DNA of 64,000 nt from a virus: IMG/VR virus record IMGVR_UViG_3300035670_000108, positions 1 through 64,000 of that record, one strand, 5' to 3'. Both the position numbers and the translations under genes were made by a program. The notes under the pieces were generated by a model. That model saw only the letters and a list, made by a program, of their open reading frames with translations. It was not told where the DNA came from and ran no database searches. The stretch's first letter is position 1. Each line of letters opens with the position of its first letter. Shown one piece after another: positions 35,937-45,144 of the stretch.

Positions 35937-36474
35937 CGGTCATCTCCTTCGGGAAGGTCTCGGGGGTGATGCCGATCAGGCGGCAGGCCATGGTGTAGTG
36001 GCCGTGCTCGGTGCGCCAGCGCTCCAGCTCGTCTTCCTCGGCGGTAATGTCCTGCTGGATGTCGGCGCCCCAGTCTTCCAGCTTGTCGGCCACCAGCACC
36101 AGGCAGGCCTTCATGGCCTCCAGTTCCTGCAGGTTGGCGTACAGCTCCTTCAGCGGGCTTTCGCGTACCGCCTCCAGCTCGGCAAACTCGGCGTCCAGCT
36201 CCTCGCGTACCCATTCAGTCAGACGCTGCTCGACCGCGGTGGACTCGTCATCGTCGCGGTCGATCTTCTCCTTCAGCCAGGCGAGGCGGTCTTCCAGAGG
36301 GACTTCGATGGTGCTGCACTCGCCGCCACAGCGGTTGCAGTAGGCCGCGTCCATGACGCCGGCCAGTTCGTAGGCCTGCAGCGCTGGGTTCCAGGCGGCG
36401 TTGGCGTCATGGGTCACATCAGCACTGCGGCAGGTGCTGCAGATCACCACAGTGCGGGGTTTTGGCGTAGACAT
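35926..36474 (-). CDS. zinc ribbon plus coiled-coil protein
   Basis: CSTC..DANAAW..CNRC; GAGGAGG SD. Confidence 0.75.
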   Translation of the reverse strand: MSTPKPRTVVICSTCRSADVTHDANAAWNPALQAYELAGVMDAAYCNRCGGECSTIEVPLEDRLAWLKEKIDRDDDESTAVEQRLTEWVREELDAEFAELEAVRESPLKELYANLQELEAMKACLVLVADKLEDWGADIQQDITAEEDELERWRTEHGHYTMACRLIGITPETFPKEMTDGA

Positions 36475-36483
36475 AGGGCCTCC

Positions 36484-36876
36484 TCAAAGGCATAGGTGGT
36501 ACTGCTCCGGTTCGTCCGGATGGGCGAATAACTCGAGGTTTTCGTAGGGGTGGCCAGGCCACCACCGGTTGCTCTTGCTCAGGTTGGGGCCGGCGCCGAT
36601 CACCCGCAGGTTCCACGGCACATGCAGGCCGCAGACCAGATCCGAACGGATCGGGACAATGTGATCGACGTGGACGTCCTCCCCCGCTGCCCTGCGGCGC
36701 TTCTGCTCGGCGTACACCTTGGCGAAGCCGGGGTGCTCACGGCACCACCAGGGCCACGCCTTGTACAGCTGCCGGTAGTAGCGGATCGAGCGCTTGTAGT
36801 TCGGGTTGACCTCCGGATCGTCGGGGTCTTGCCGCGCCAGCCAGATCGGTTTGCCGTAGGACAAGGGGGTGGCCAT
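36484..36876 (-). CDS. HNH endonuclease
   Basis: HVDHIVP....VCGLHVPWNL......N..KSN. Confidence 0.88.
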   Translation of the reverse strand: MATPLSYGKPIWLARQDPDDPEVNPNYKRSIRYYRQLYKAWPWWCREHPGFAKVYAEQKRRRAAGEDVHVDHIVPIRSDLVCGLHVPWNLRVIGAGPNLSKSNRWWPGHPYENLELFAHPDEPEQYHLCL

Positions 36877-37265
36877 TACTTGCTGCACTCGGCTATCAGG
36901 TAGTCGAGGAGGCGCAGGCGGGCGGCGCCGTACTTCCCCGCCCAGCGAGGGTCGAACCCGCCCTCTTCCTTGTCGAGGTCAAAGGCTGCCTCTGCTGACA
37001 GCGTCTGGTGGGGGACCGGGTAGCTGGGATTGCCGGAGTATTCCGGCCAGTTCTGCGCCAGGCACTCCACCAGGTCGTAGGCGTCGATGCTGATCCCGAC
37101 CAGCTCGTCGACGTCGGTCAAGGCGAAGAGGGCGCCGCAGATCCCTACACCCTCCAAGACATTTTGCTCGTCCTCCCCTGTGGCCAGGTACTGCTCGGCC
37201 AACTGCTTCAGCTGCTGCAGCCCCGGGACAAACTTGCGCAGGATCTTCTTCCTCGGGCGGTTCAC
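36876..37265 (-). CDS. hypothetical protein
   Basis: GTGA and TAATG coupling. Confidence 0.7.
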   Translation of the reverse strand: MNRPRKKILRKFVPGLQQLKQLAEQYLATGEDEQNVLEGVGICGALFALTDVDELVGISIDAYDLVECLAQNWPEYSGNPSYPVPHQTLSAEAAFDLDKEEGGFDPRWAGKYGAARLRLLDYLIAECSK

Positions 37266-37459
37266 TTCACACCTCCCTGCTGGCGCAGGTTGCGCTGGCG
37301 GCGACGCTCGCGCTTGTCCTTGGCCGCCTGGATCTTCTCGTCGTCAGCCGCGGTGCGAGCACGGCGGGCTTCGGTCTGGTGCTTGGTGCGGATCGGCGGA
37401 ACCCCGTGGCCCGTCGCTATGGCCAGAGCCAGAGCGATGGCTGAGGACAACTTGAACAT
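37262..37459 (-). CDS. small basic protein with hydrophobic N-terminus
   Basis: AGGAGG SD in a hairpin below repeat 37488. Confidence 0.7.
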   Translation of the reverse strand: MFKLSSAIALALAIATGHGVPPIRTKHQTEARRARTAADDEKIQAAKDKRERRRQRNLRQQGGVK

Positions 37460-37531
37460 GATTTGCCTCCTATAATGGCAATGGAACCTGCAAAGTCTTT
37501 GCAGATCAAAGAGAGTAGCCTATTGGCTAGA

Positions 37532-38845
37532 TTACTCTATTTCACCCGGAGAGGTAGCCAGCCAGGCGTCAAACACCTGGCGGAATTGTTTCGCCCGGGC
37601 CAGCAAACCGGGGCGCGGAGTCTCCTCCTTGATCTCCTCCAGCAGCCGTTCAGCCAGCAAGCGGATGGCCAGCTGGGGCAGGTCGATATTCTCGTCGTCC
37701 TCGTCAAGGAAGACGCGGCACAGCGAGCTGAACTCGTCTACCAGGCCCTGGCGGGTGGCCACCGTCCACTTCTCGCTGGTGGTGTAGGGGAAGGCATTGT
37801 CCTTGCCGCATAGCAGCAGCTCGCTGGCCGGCAGCCAGATCTCGCGGATCGCCTGCCAGTCCTCCTGATACACGTGGATGCTGCTGTCCACCTCGCACTC
37901 CCAGTACGGGAACACATGGATCGGGCTGCTGCCGTCGTGATGGCTCAGTACGCAGTACAGACTGGCGTAGCCGTTGGCCTCGACGGTGTAGGCGCCGCGG
38001 CTGATGTTGAACTCGCCGTTCACGCGCAGCTTGTCGGCCAGCTCCTTGGCGTCGTACTTGCACTCGGCGTAGGCGTCCTGGCGGCGCCAGCCGAACTTGC
38101 TTACCTCTACCCGCAGGCCGTCCGGCGCCGGCAGGCCCTGCTTGGCCAGCTCCTGCTTCATCTCGTCGAGCAGGTACTCCAGCTGCTCCTGATACTGCTC
38201 CCATTCGTCGTTGTCGCCGGCGTAGCCGTAGGCCTTGGCCGGCGTGTCAACGGCCTCCTCCCAGATGGGGCGCACGACCCGGTCGCACTGCTCGCAGCGG
38301 CAGTACGGCCCGCTCAAGTGGCTGAACTGCTCGGCAGCCTCGATTGCCTCCTCAGCCGTCTGCTCGCGGATCTCTTCGGTCGCGCCGCACTCCGGGCACT
38401 CTAACGTGCTCCACATTTCCAGCTCGCCGCCCAGGTCATCCGGGTCGTAGCTGAAGCCGCCGCGCTTCACCGCGACGACCTTGCCCTCTTGCATGTAGAA
38501 CTGCTGGGCCAGGCGCTGGCGATCCAGCACGCCGTCCAGTGCCTGCACATCGTAGCCGGAGGCTTTCACCATCTGCCGGGCCCAGAGCGGCGTGCCTCGC
38601 TGTCCGCCATGGTGGTGGTAGAGGCGGCGCAGGCGCGCCTTCATCTCGATCTGCTTGTGCTCACGACTACCGATGATCTGCTTGGCCAGACCCATCAGGG
38701 CGGTGTGCAGCAGAAGGGGCTTGGTGACCAGCGCGAAGTCGGTGAGCTGTTTCAGTTCGCAGTGGTGGAAGTTGAGCAGGGCCGGCAGGTAGTAGTGCTG
38801 GGATTCCGGGTCGAAGGAATACAGCGGAGCGTGGAGTTTGGACAT
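37532..38845 (-). CDS. hypothetical protein with zinc ribbon
   Basis: AGGAGG SD before ATG 38845; CPEC/CEQC. Confidence 0.8.
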   Translation of the reverse strand: MSKLHAPLYSFDPESQHYYLPALLNFHHCELKQLTDFALVTKPLLLHTALMGLAKQIIGSREHKQIEMKARLRRLYHHHGGQRGTPLWARQMVKASGYDVQALDGVLDRQRLAQQFYMQEGKVVAVKRGGFSYDPDDLGGELEMWSTLECPECGATEEIREQTAEEAIEAAEQFSHLSGPYCRCEQCDRVVRPIWEEAVDTPAKAYGYAGDNDEWEQYQEQLEYLLDEMKQELAKQGLPAPDGLRVEVSKFGWRRQDAYAECKYDAKELADKLRVNGEFNISRGAYTVEANGYASLYCVLSHHDGSSPIHVFPYWECEVDSSIHVYQEDWQAIREIWLPASELLLCGKDNAFPYTTSEKWTVATRQGLVDEFSSLCRVFLDEDDENIDLPQLAIRLLAERLLEEIKEETPRPGLLARAKQFRQVFDAWLATSPGEIE

Positions 38846-38889
38846 AGCGGGCCTCCTTGAAGGCGTTTCACTTGCGGGGCAAGGGGTGG

Positions 38890-39198
38890 TCAGTAGCTCA
38901 GTTGGGCGATGTCGCGGACGTTGCCGGCGGTCGGGGTGGAGCCCTTGAGCATGGCGTGAAGGAACGAGTGGGCCTTCGGCGTGAAGCGGATCAAGCCCAG
39001 CTGCAGCTGCATGACGTCGTCCTCGCTCATGAAGGCGCAACCGCGGCAGCGACCGTCGCGGACATACTCCACGAACATGGGGCGGGAGGGGTTCGGTGCG
39101 TTGACATGCGGCAGCGCGCTGACGTAGCCGTCGTAGGCCAGGTGGACGGTGCAGTGGCGCTTGCCGGGCAGGCCGCGCCGTACCAGGGCTTTTTTCAC
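38890..39198 (-). CDS. hypothetical protein
   Basis: AGGAGG SD before GTG. Confidence 0.65.
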   Translation of the reverse strand: MKKALVRRGLPGKRHCTVHLAYDGYVSALPHVNAPNPSRPMFVEYVRDGRCRGCAFMSEDDVMQLQLGLIRFTPKAHSFLHAMLKGSTPTAGNVRDIAQLSY

Positions 39199-39259
39199 GA
39201 GAAGTCCTCCTGCTCGCGGAAGTTGATCATTGCCTATTCCTCTTCTTCATCCGGGCCAG

Positions 39260-39925
39260 CTAGATCGGTGATGCGTAGAGCTTGGTGCCGGGCGGTAGCG
39301 GCTGCGTCAGTTCGACGTGCAGCAGGCTGATTCCGCCGCCAGTCTTTAGCTGAACCTCACCCACCGCCTCCTGCCCCTTCACCGCGGCCAGCTCGGCGCG
39401 CAGGGCGTCGCGTTGTTTCTGCAGGTCAATGGCGTTCTGCCCGTAAGCGTCGCGCGCCGACTTCGCATCGGCCAGCTCGGCGCGCAGCTTGCCGTTGAGC
39501 TGCGCCAGTCCGGCGTTTGCCTGCTCAAGCATTAAGGCGTTGGAGCACCACCTCTCCACCTCTGCCGCCATAGCTGCGGTGATGCGCTGTACGTCGGCTA
39601 GCTCGGCGCGCTCTTCCAGGGTGGGGCGAGCGCCGAACTTGCAAAGTTCTTTGCAGCCTCCCTGGTGGATGATCTCGCCCTGGAACTGCCACTTGGGGAT
39701 GACCAGGACGTTCTTGCCTTCGTGGTAGAAGCCTTCCTGACCAACGATGGCCTGGTACTCGTAGCCCTCACGCTCGCGCACCTGATGGCCGTCGAAGATG
39801 CCCGCCCCGAAGTTGATGATGATGGTGTCCCCGAGCAGGAAGATGTCGGCACGCTGGGCGTAGCCGTAGTCCAGCACCAGCACTCGGGCGCCGGTCTTGA
39901 CGCAGTTTCCGGATTTAACAGGCAT
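39260..39925 (-). CDS. hypothetical, apparently mosaic protein with coiled-coil C-terminal half
   Basis: RAELA repeated three times; degenerate palindrome at the junction of the two halves. Confidence 0.6.
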   Translation of the reverse strand: MPVKSGNCVKTGARVLVLDYGYAQRADIFLLGDTIIINFGAGIFDGHQVREREGYEYQAIVGQEGFYHEGKNVLVIPKWQFQGEIIHQGGCKELCKFGARPTLEERAELADVQRITAAMAAEVERWCSNALMLEQANAGLAQLNGKLRAELADAKSARDAYGQNAIDLQKQRDALRAELAAVKGQEAVGEVQLKTGGGISLLHVELTQPLPPGTKLYASPI

Positions 39926-39927
39926 GG

Positions 39928-40146
39928 CTATTCGTCCACATTGGTGTTGGTAGGCTCCTCCACCAGCACGTAGCCGGTGAGGGTGTACTGGTCGTTCCAG
40001 CTGGCGCCGCAGTCGGAACAGGTGATCTCCTGCCAGGCGATGGCGGATTCTGCCGTGAAAGGACCGCCGCTGATTTCGTTGCTATTGCAGCAGGGGCAGA
40101 GCTGCCCGGCGCAGGCCACATAGGCCTCGTTCGTTGAATGGGCCAT
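39928..40146 (-). CDS. small zinc-ribbon protein
   Basis: CPCC...CSDC. Confidence 0.7.
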   Translation of the reverse strand: MAHSTNEAYVACAGQLCPCCNSNEISGGPFTAESAIAWQEITCSDCGASWNDQYTLTGYVLVEEPTNTNVDE

Positions 40147-40147
40147 C

Positions 40148-40678
40148 TCAGTCTCCCAGCGGCTCGATGTCGATCACCGCCATCCAGTTCATGTCGATGC
40201 CGAACTCGTTGTCTTGGCGCCCCTGTTCAAGGGTGGCCAGCATGCGGTCGGCGAGGGCGTCGAGGTTGACCCGGTCCAGCTTGTCGGCGATGGAGTTGGG
40301 GATGGCCAGCTCGACGTGGAGGGCGTAGCGGGTCTCGGTGGGGTTGTGCAGCGGCTCCATCCGTTCGTCCAGCTCGCCGACGGTGGCCAGGGCCAGGATC
40401 TCGCCGTCCATGCCCTGCAGCTGGTAGATCGTCCCGGTGTGCACGCCGAACTTGTACCCCTCCGGCTGCACGCCGTGCTTAACGGCGCCGACCAGCATCA
40501 GCGTGCCGACACCGGGGATGAAGCGCTGCAGGATGTAGACGGCGCGGGCCATGTCGTGAAAGGCGGTGAAGCCGTAGACCTGCGGATCTGCCAGGTTCCA
40601 GCTGGCACCGCAGTCACGCCATGGGCGTTCGATCTCGAATCCGTCGTGGACGAACTTCAGTAGATTGGCGTTGTGCAT
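40148..40678 (-). CDS. hypothetical protein
   Basis: AGGAGG SD in a hairpin below repeat 40706. Confidence 0.75.
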   Translation of the reverse strand: MHNANLLKFVHDGFEIERPWRDCGASWNLADPQVYGFTAFHDMARAVYILQRFIPGVGTLMLVGAVKHGVQPEGYKFGVHTGTIYQLQGMDGEILALATVGELDERMEPLHNPTETRYALHVELAIPNSIADKLDRVNLDALADRMLATLEQGRQDNEFGIDMNWMAVIDIEPLGD

Positions 40679-40705
40679 ATTGCCTCCTATGCAGGCAATC
40701 GACAG

Positions 40706-41116
40706 CTACAAAGACTTTGCAGCTGAGGCGTACCAGTGGGCTCCACCGTTGAACTGATTCATGGTGGCGTGAATGTGCGCGGTCATCTCCTGCACCAGGC
40801 GACTCCCGTTGGCGAAGGTGATCTGCATGTCGGAGTTGCGCTCGGTCGGCCCCCAGCGGTTCTTCTGGGGGTCGTAGCCGAAGATGCTGGTGAGCTTGAT
40901 GTCGCTCATGGTGCCGCGGATCTCGTTGCCCTTATGGGTCGAGCGATGCAGCAGCTGGAGCACCAGGCGCTCCCCCTTGGCACGGTCGTCGAAGAACAGC
41001 CATAGCTGCTCAACACGCCGGCCGGCACGGATCTCCGGCCGGTAGATATGGCCGATATGGCACTGGCTGAGGTCTAGCGTGCGACTGCCGCCGTCGATGA
41101 TCAGTAGCTGGGCCAT
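40706..41116 (-). CDS. hypothetical protein
   Basis: GAGGAG SD; stop inside the palindrome (..AAKSL*). Confidence 0.75.
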   Translation of the reverse strand: MAQLLIIDGGSRTLDLSQCHIGHIYRPEIRAGRRVEQLWLFFDDRAKGERLVLQLLHRSTHKGNEIRGTMSDIKLTSIFGYDPQKNRWGPTERNSDMQITFANGSRLVQEMTAHIHATMNQFNGGAHWYASAAKSL

Positions 41117-41117
41117 G

Positions 41118-41294
41118 TCAGGGCTCCTCTTGTTCGATCTGGTCGGCGACCCATTGCCAGTATCCCGACTGGATATTTCCTTCGGCGGCTTCCTGCCCCC
41201 ACTCTCCACGGCTATATACCGGGTGCTCTCCCCAACTTGTCGCCGTGCCGTATTTGTCAGCTAGCTGCTCCGGTGTGAGGTCACGGTCGCTCAT
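41118..41294 (-). CDS. small hypothetical protein
   Basis: GGAGG SD; WGEHP.Y.R.EW......GYWQWV motif. Confidence 0.7.
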   Translation of the reverse strand: MSDRDLTPEQLADKYGTATSWGEHPVYSRGEWGQEAAEGNIQSGYWQWVADQIEQEEP

Positions 41295-41295
41295 G

Positions 41296-41901
41296 TCAGG
41301 CCTCCATGAACCAGCGCAGGCCGAAAGCATCCGGCGCCGGCTGGGCATCGCGGTCGAACTTCACGGCCTGCACACCCATGCCAAAGGCCGCGCTCAGCAC
41401 GGCGTAGAGATCCGCGTCGACAAGGGTGGCCATGGCCGTCAACTCGTCTGGCTGCGGAACACGGATCGCCACGCCTGCTTCATCGCCGACCACGTCGACC
41501 ATCAGGCTGTAGCCGTCGTGCAGCTGCAGAACCCCATTGATCTCGCCCTTGAACAGCGACCCGTAGACGCTCTCCGGCAGGTGGTAGGCAGACAGCACCC
41601 AGATCCGCTCGATCTCGGCCACCGGCCGTCCAAAGGCCTGGGCGGCCTTGCGCAGGGCGTCCTCCATCGGGCCGGGGATGATCATTTCCCGGACGTAGTT
41701 GCAATTCAGGTACTCGCGGTGCACCGCCGCGTCTTGATCCGCCACCCACTGGGGGATACGGACGATATTGCTGACGTTGCGGTCGCCGTCGTAGAAGGCC
41801 ACCAGGGTGTGGTTGTTGCCCACCTCCCGGGCGATTTCCATGTAGGCAATGCGCTGCCCTTCGGCGCTGTATTGAGCACCGGTGTTGAATACCTTGATCA
41901 T
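41296..41901 (-). CDS. hypothetical protein
   Basis: AGGAGG SD below repeat 41931. Confidence 0.75.
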   Translation of the reverse strand: MIKVFNTGAQYSAEGQRIAYMEIAREVGNNHTLVAFYDGDRNVSNIVRIPQWVADQDAAVHREYLNCNYVREMIIPGPMEDALRKAAQAFGRPVAEIERIWVLSAYHLPESVYGSLFKGEINGVLQLHDGYSLMVDVVGDEAGVAIRVPQPDELTAMATLVDADLYAVLSAAFGMGVQAVKFDRDAQPAPDAFGLRWFMEA

Positions 41902-41947
41902 GATTTGCCTCCTGTGAGGGCAGTGGGATGCTGCAAAGACTTTGCAG

Positions 41948-42544
41948 CTATTGGACGAGGTCGAGCAGGGTGTAAGTGATCGGCGCCTCAGCGCCTGGCA
42001 TGATCACCGTGAACCCTGCCTTTGTGCGCTCGGCTCCGCTCATGCTGAGCAGATCCACCACGTCTTTGTGATACACGAGCTTCTTCTTGACGTCCTCGGC
42101 CGTGGCGTTGCCTGGCATCAGCCAGGTGACGCTCAGGTTGATGCGCACCATCTGGCTACGCAGGCCTTCTACCTTGGCCTCGTGCTTGCGCAGCGTCGTC
42201 ATGATCAACATGCCCAGTTGCTGGGTCTGGCCCAGCGCCCCAGCTGGCAGATTCTGCAGCGCCTCCTCATACTCGAGTGCGAGCTGATCCTGCACGGTGA
42301 TCCAGGTCATGCCGAGGTTGTCGAACAGCGTCGAACCGCAGCCAGCGTCGTCACCGATAGAGCGCTCCAACGTCACCACCAGGAAGCGGCCGAGCAGCTC
42401 CAGGTGGAAGTGGCCGGCGATGCTGCCGCCTTCGTAGAGGGCCTGCAAAGACTTTGCAAGCTCCGCTTCGTTATTGACGTCCTCGGGCAGCAGAACAGCC
42501 AGGCGGACGGTGTAGCTCTGGTTGAAGGTTGGGGTCAGCATCAC
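41948..42544 (-). CDS. hypothetical protein
   Basis: Stop abuts the repeat; contains an internal repeat copy (LAKSLQ). Confidence 0.7.
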   Translation of the reverse strand: MMLTPTFNQSYTVRLAVLLPEDVNNEAELAKSLQALYEGGSIAGHFHLELLGRFLVVTLERSIGDDAGCGSTLFDNLGMTWITVQDQLALEYEEALQNLPAGALGQTQQLGMLIMTTLRKHEAKVEGLRSQMVRINLSVTWLMPGNATAEDVKKKLVYHKDVVDLLSMSGAERTKAGFTVIMPGAEAPITYTLLDLVQ

Positions 42545-42987
42545 TGCGGCTCTCCTATGACGTGAATGTCGGCCATCACCTTGTGGTTGATGGCCCAGTG
42601 GAATTGATCGGCGATGTACTCCTTGATCCCATTGCGGTCGCGGCCAGTCACCCGGAGCACAGGCCCCAGGAAAGTCGGGGTGACGATCACCTTGTGCTCA
42701 GTCCAGCCGGAATAGCCGCCGTGTTCGTCCATGTGGTGGAAGGCTGTGTCGAACACCAGCATGTGCGGGCAGGCATTGAGGTCGCCGGCCCTCTCGCACA
42801 TGTCGAAGTTGAGGGTGGTGCCGCGGTCGAAGCCGCTGCCGCTGGGCAGGTGCTCCTTCACCAGGCGGTCGATCTCGTCTTCCACCGCATCCAGCATGGC
42901 TTTCTGCAGGGTGTCGCGGCGGGCCAGGTTCTTGCGGCGCTCCAGCAGCGTGGCCAGGGCGATGTATAGCGGGATTAGAGAACGCAT
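42541..42987 (-). CDS. conserved phage hypothetical protein
   Basis: LPSGSGFD...FHHMDEHG.Y.GWT motif. Confidence 0.8.
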   Translation of the reverse strand: MRSLIPLYIALATLLERRKNLARRDTLQKAMLDAVEDEIDRLVKEHLPSGSGFDRGTTLNFDMCERAGDLNACPHMLVFDTAFHHMDEHGGYSGWTEHKVIVTPTFLGPVLRVTGRDRNGIKEYIADQFHWAINHKVMADIHVIGEPQ

Positions 42988-43014
42988 GTTGCCTCCTATC
43001 TAGGCAATTGAAAG

Positions 43015-43320
43015 CTACAAAGTCTTTGCAGCCTTGGCGGTTAGAGCTAGCAGGGCCAGTCGATCTTGCCCTGCCGGTGTGTTGAGGTAGCAGCGGGGCA
43101 GGTGCATGACGCCGTCCCACTGGCGGGGCAGCAGATCCGGCCCCACCGAGGCCACACCCATCGCCCAGAGCAGCAGGTCGGCGCGCTTGTCACGGCGCAG
43201 CTGCTCGTCGAGCTTGGTCAGCACCGCGCAGCGCACCGCGGCGTCATTGGTCAGCAGCTGCTCGGTCGTGTAGCAGAGCACCTGGCTGCCGTCGACAAGG
43301 GTGACCAGGAACTTATTCAT
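43015..43320 (-). CDS. hypothetical protein
   Basis: Stop inside the palindrome (..AAKTL*). Confidence 0.65.
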   Translation of the reverse strand: MNKFLVTLVDGSQVLCYTTEQLLTNDAAVRCAVLTKLDEQLRRDKRADLLLWAMGVASVGPDLLPRQWDGVMHLPRCYLNTPAGQDRLALLALTAKAAKTL

Positions 43321-43798
43321 CGCCGGCAACCATGAAGACGGCCGGGTAGCCGTCCACCGCATCGGCGCCCTCCTGCAGGATGTCGCAGTCGATGGCGTCA
43401 GGGAACGGGCCTGGGGCGGTGCCGATCTTCGAGTACATCCAGCGCCCCTCCAGGTCATAGACCACGGTGTCCACCTCGGGGAAGAACGTGCGGACGTGCT
43501 CCATCGCCTTGGTCACCGCCTCGGGAGCCTCCGGAACCAGCTGGATAGACGGCGCCCCCTGTTGGCTTGGCACCAGCTCCACGGCTAGCCAGCGTTCGAC
43601 CAGATTGCGGCCCCGCATGGTCAGAATGTGCTGGCCGTCGACCAGGGCCAGGAAGCCTTTGTCGCGCCAGAAGAAGTGGCACTCGGCCGAGGCCGGCGAG
43701 CTGGGGTTTACCTCGTTCCACTGATCGGCCGAGTAGTAGTAGTGCAACAGCACGCGCAGCTGCGCCGGGGATACCTGGCGGTTGGGATTGTTAGGCAT
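43313..43798 (-). CDS. hypothetical protein
   Basis: AGGAGG SD below repeat 43828. Confidence 0.75.
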   Translation of the reverse strand: MPNNPNRQVSPAQLRVLLHYYYSADQWNEVNPSSPASAECHFFWRDKGFLALVDGQHILTMRGRNLVERWLAVELVPSQQGAPSIQLVPEAPEAVTKAMEHVRTFFPEVDTVVYDLEGRWMYSKIGTAPGPFPDAIDCDILQEGADAVDGYPAVFMVAGDE

Positions 43799-43844
43799 GA
43801 TTTGCCCTCCTATTCAGGCAATGAAAGCTGCAAAGTCTTTGTAG

Positions 43845-44117
43845 CTAGCGACCGCAACAACTGCAATTTCGCGCGTCGTGGCCGTACATCTCGGTGTGCT
43901 TCGCGCTCAGCTGGCCATCCGAAAGGATCTCGGCGTCGGTATAGCTGCTGGCGTAGCACCAGGTGATCTCTACCTCTTTGCGCACATGGATGGTCGAGGT
44001 GAAGATGACGTGCTTGTTCAGCTCTCCGTCGTTGCCCGTCGGGCGGTCCTCGATGACCACGGTGTGCCAGTGGCGCAGCTGGCGCCCGCCCAGGTGGTTG
44101 TAGACGCGGCGGCTCAT
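43845..44117 (-). CDS. hypothetical protein
   Basis: GGAG SD; stop abuts the repeat. Confidence 0.7.
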   Translation of the reverse strand: MSRRVYNHLGGRQLRHWHTVVIEDRPTGNDGELNKHVIFTSTIHVRKEVEITWCYASSYTDAEILSDGQLSAKHTEMYGHDARNCSCCGR

Positions 44118-44449
44118 GGCGTGACTCCGCGGTTCCACTGGTACCAGTCGACGGTCATGCTGTCCGGATTCTCCAGCTCCAGCATCACCTCCACCTTGAA
44201 CGCCATGCTGACCTTCACCTCTTCGGTGCCGTCCTCGTCCCAGGTCACGGCCATTGCCGAGGCGTAACCATTGACCAGCTCCACCTCCTGATCAGCGAAG
44301 TGGTAGTCGGTGTCGTCGACGGACAAACGGGCCAGCATGACCTGCTGATCCGGCATGTAGTTGTCGCAGAAGCCAATGGTGTCGATCACCAGGTCATCTA
44401 CCACGATGGTGTCAGCCCGGTTAATCAGGTCGAAAAGTTTAGCCAGCAT
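44114..44449 (-). CDS. hypothetical acidic protein
   Basis: AGGAGG SD below repeat 44480. Confidence 0.75.
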   Translation of the reverse strand: MLAKLFDLINRADTIVVDDLVIDTIGFCDNYMPDQQVMLARLSVDDTDYHFADQEVELVNGYASAMAVTWDEDGTEEVKVSMAFKVEVMLELENPDSMTVDWYQWNRGVTP

Positions 44450-44795
44450 GATTTGCCCTCCTATTCAGGCAATCGAAAGCTGCAAAGTCTTTGCAGCTGG
44501 GGTGTAATCGGGGGAATGACTGTCGTGCGAACTTCTGCACTTCCTCGGGCAGGTCGTCCCACTTCACTCGACGGCCCAGGTGCCTGCCCGGCGTCGCCGA
44601 GACGTGCATGCCGAATCCCTGCGGGTGGAAGGGGCGCTCGCTGGCGCCGATAGCCGACCAGGTGCCGTCGCGCTCGCGCTCCTCCTTGGCCCAGCGCGGC
44701 GGGATGATGGTGTAGCGGTCGAAGGTGCGACCGCCGTTGTCGTAGCAGCGCAGCGTCGTGCCGTAGCGCTGCAGGATGCCCATGCCCATGCTCAT
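44439..44795 (-). CDS. conserved phage hypothetical protein
   Basis: YDNGG.TFDRYT...PFHPQGFG.H...HLG.R....DLP..VQ; reads through a repeat. Confidence 0.75.
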   Translation of the reverse strand: MSMGMGILQRYGTTLRCYDNGGRTFDRYTIIPPRWAKEERERDGTWSAIGASERPFHPQGFGMHVSATPGRHLGRRVKWDDLPEEVQKFARQSFPRLHPSCKDFAAFDCLNRRANHAG

Positions 44796-45085
44796 GGCTG
44801 GCTCCCCGCCTCCTGCCGGTTCCACTGGTACCAGTCGACGCTCATGCTGGTCTCCTTCACGTCGTGCAGGCTGGCCTTCATGCTCCCGTTGCGCTCGAAG
44901 GCCGGGAGCATGAAGGTGTACCCGCTGGAGTACCCGCTGCGCCGCTCCAGTTCGGCCATGTAGGGGGCCTGCAAACGCAGGTACAGGTCGAGCAGGCCGA
45001 CCCGTTCCAGGGTGTCGTGGCTGAGGCTGCAGCGGAGCACCGCCGTCAAGGCGAAGTGCTCCTCCTTGGTGAGTTCAATTTGCAT
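44792..45085 (-). CDS. hypothetical protein
   Basis: GAGGAGG SD below repeat 45118. Confidence 0.7.
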   Translation of the reverse strand: MQIELTKEEHFALTAVLRCSLSHDTLERVGLLDLYLRLQAPYMAELERRSGYSSGYTFMLPAFERNGSMKASLHDVKETSMSVDWYQWNRQEAGSQP

Positions 45086-45144
45086 AGCTGTTGCCTCCTC
45101 TATTGGGCAATCGAAAGCTGCAAAGACTTTGCAGCTATTGAATT

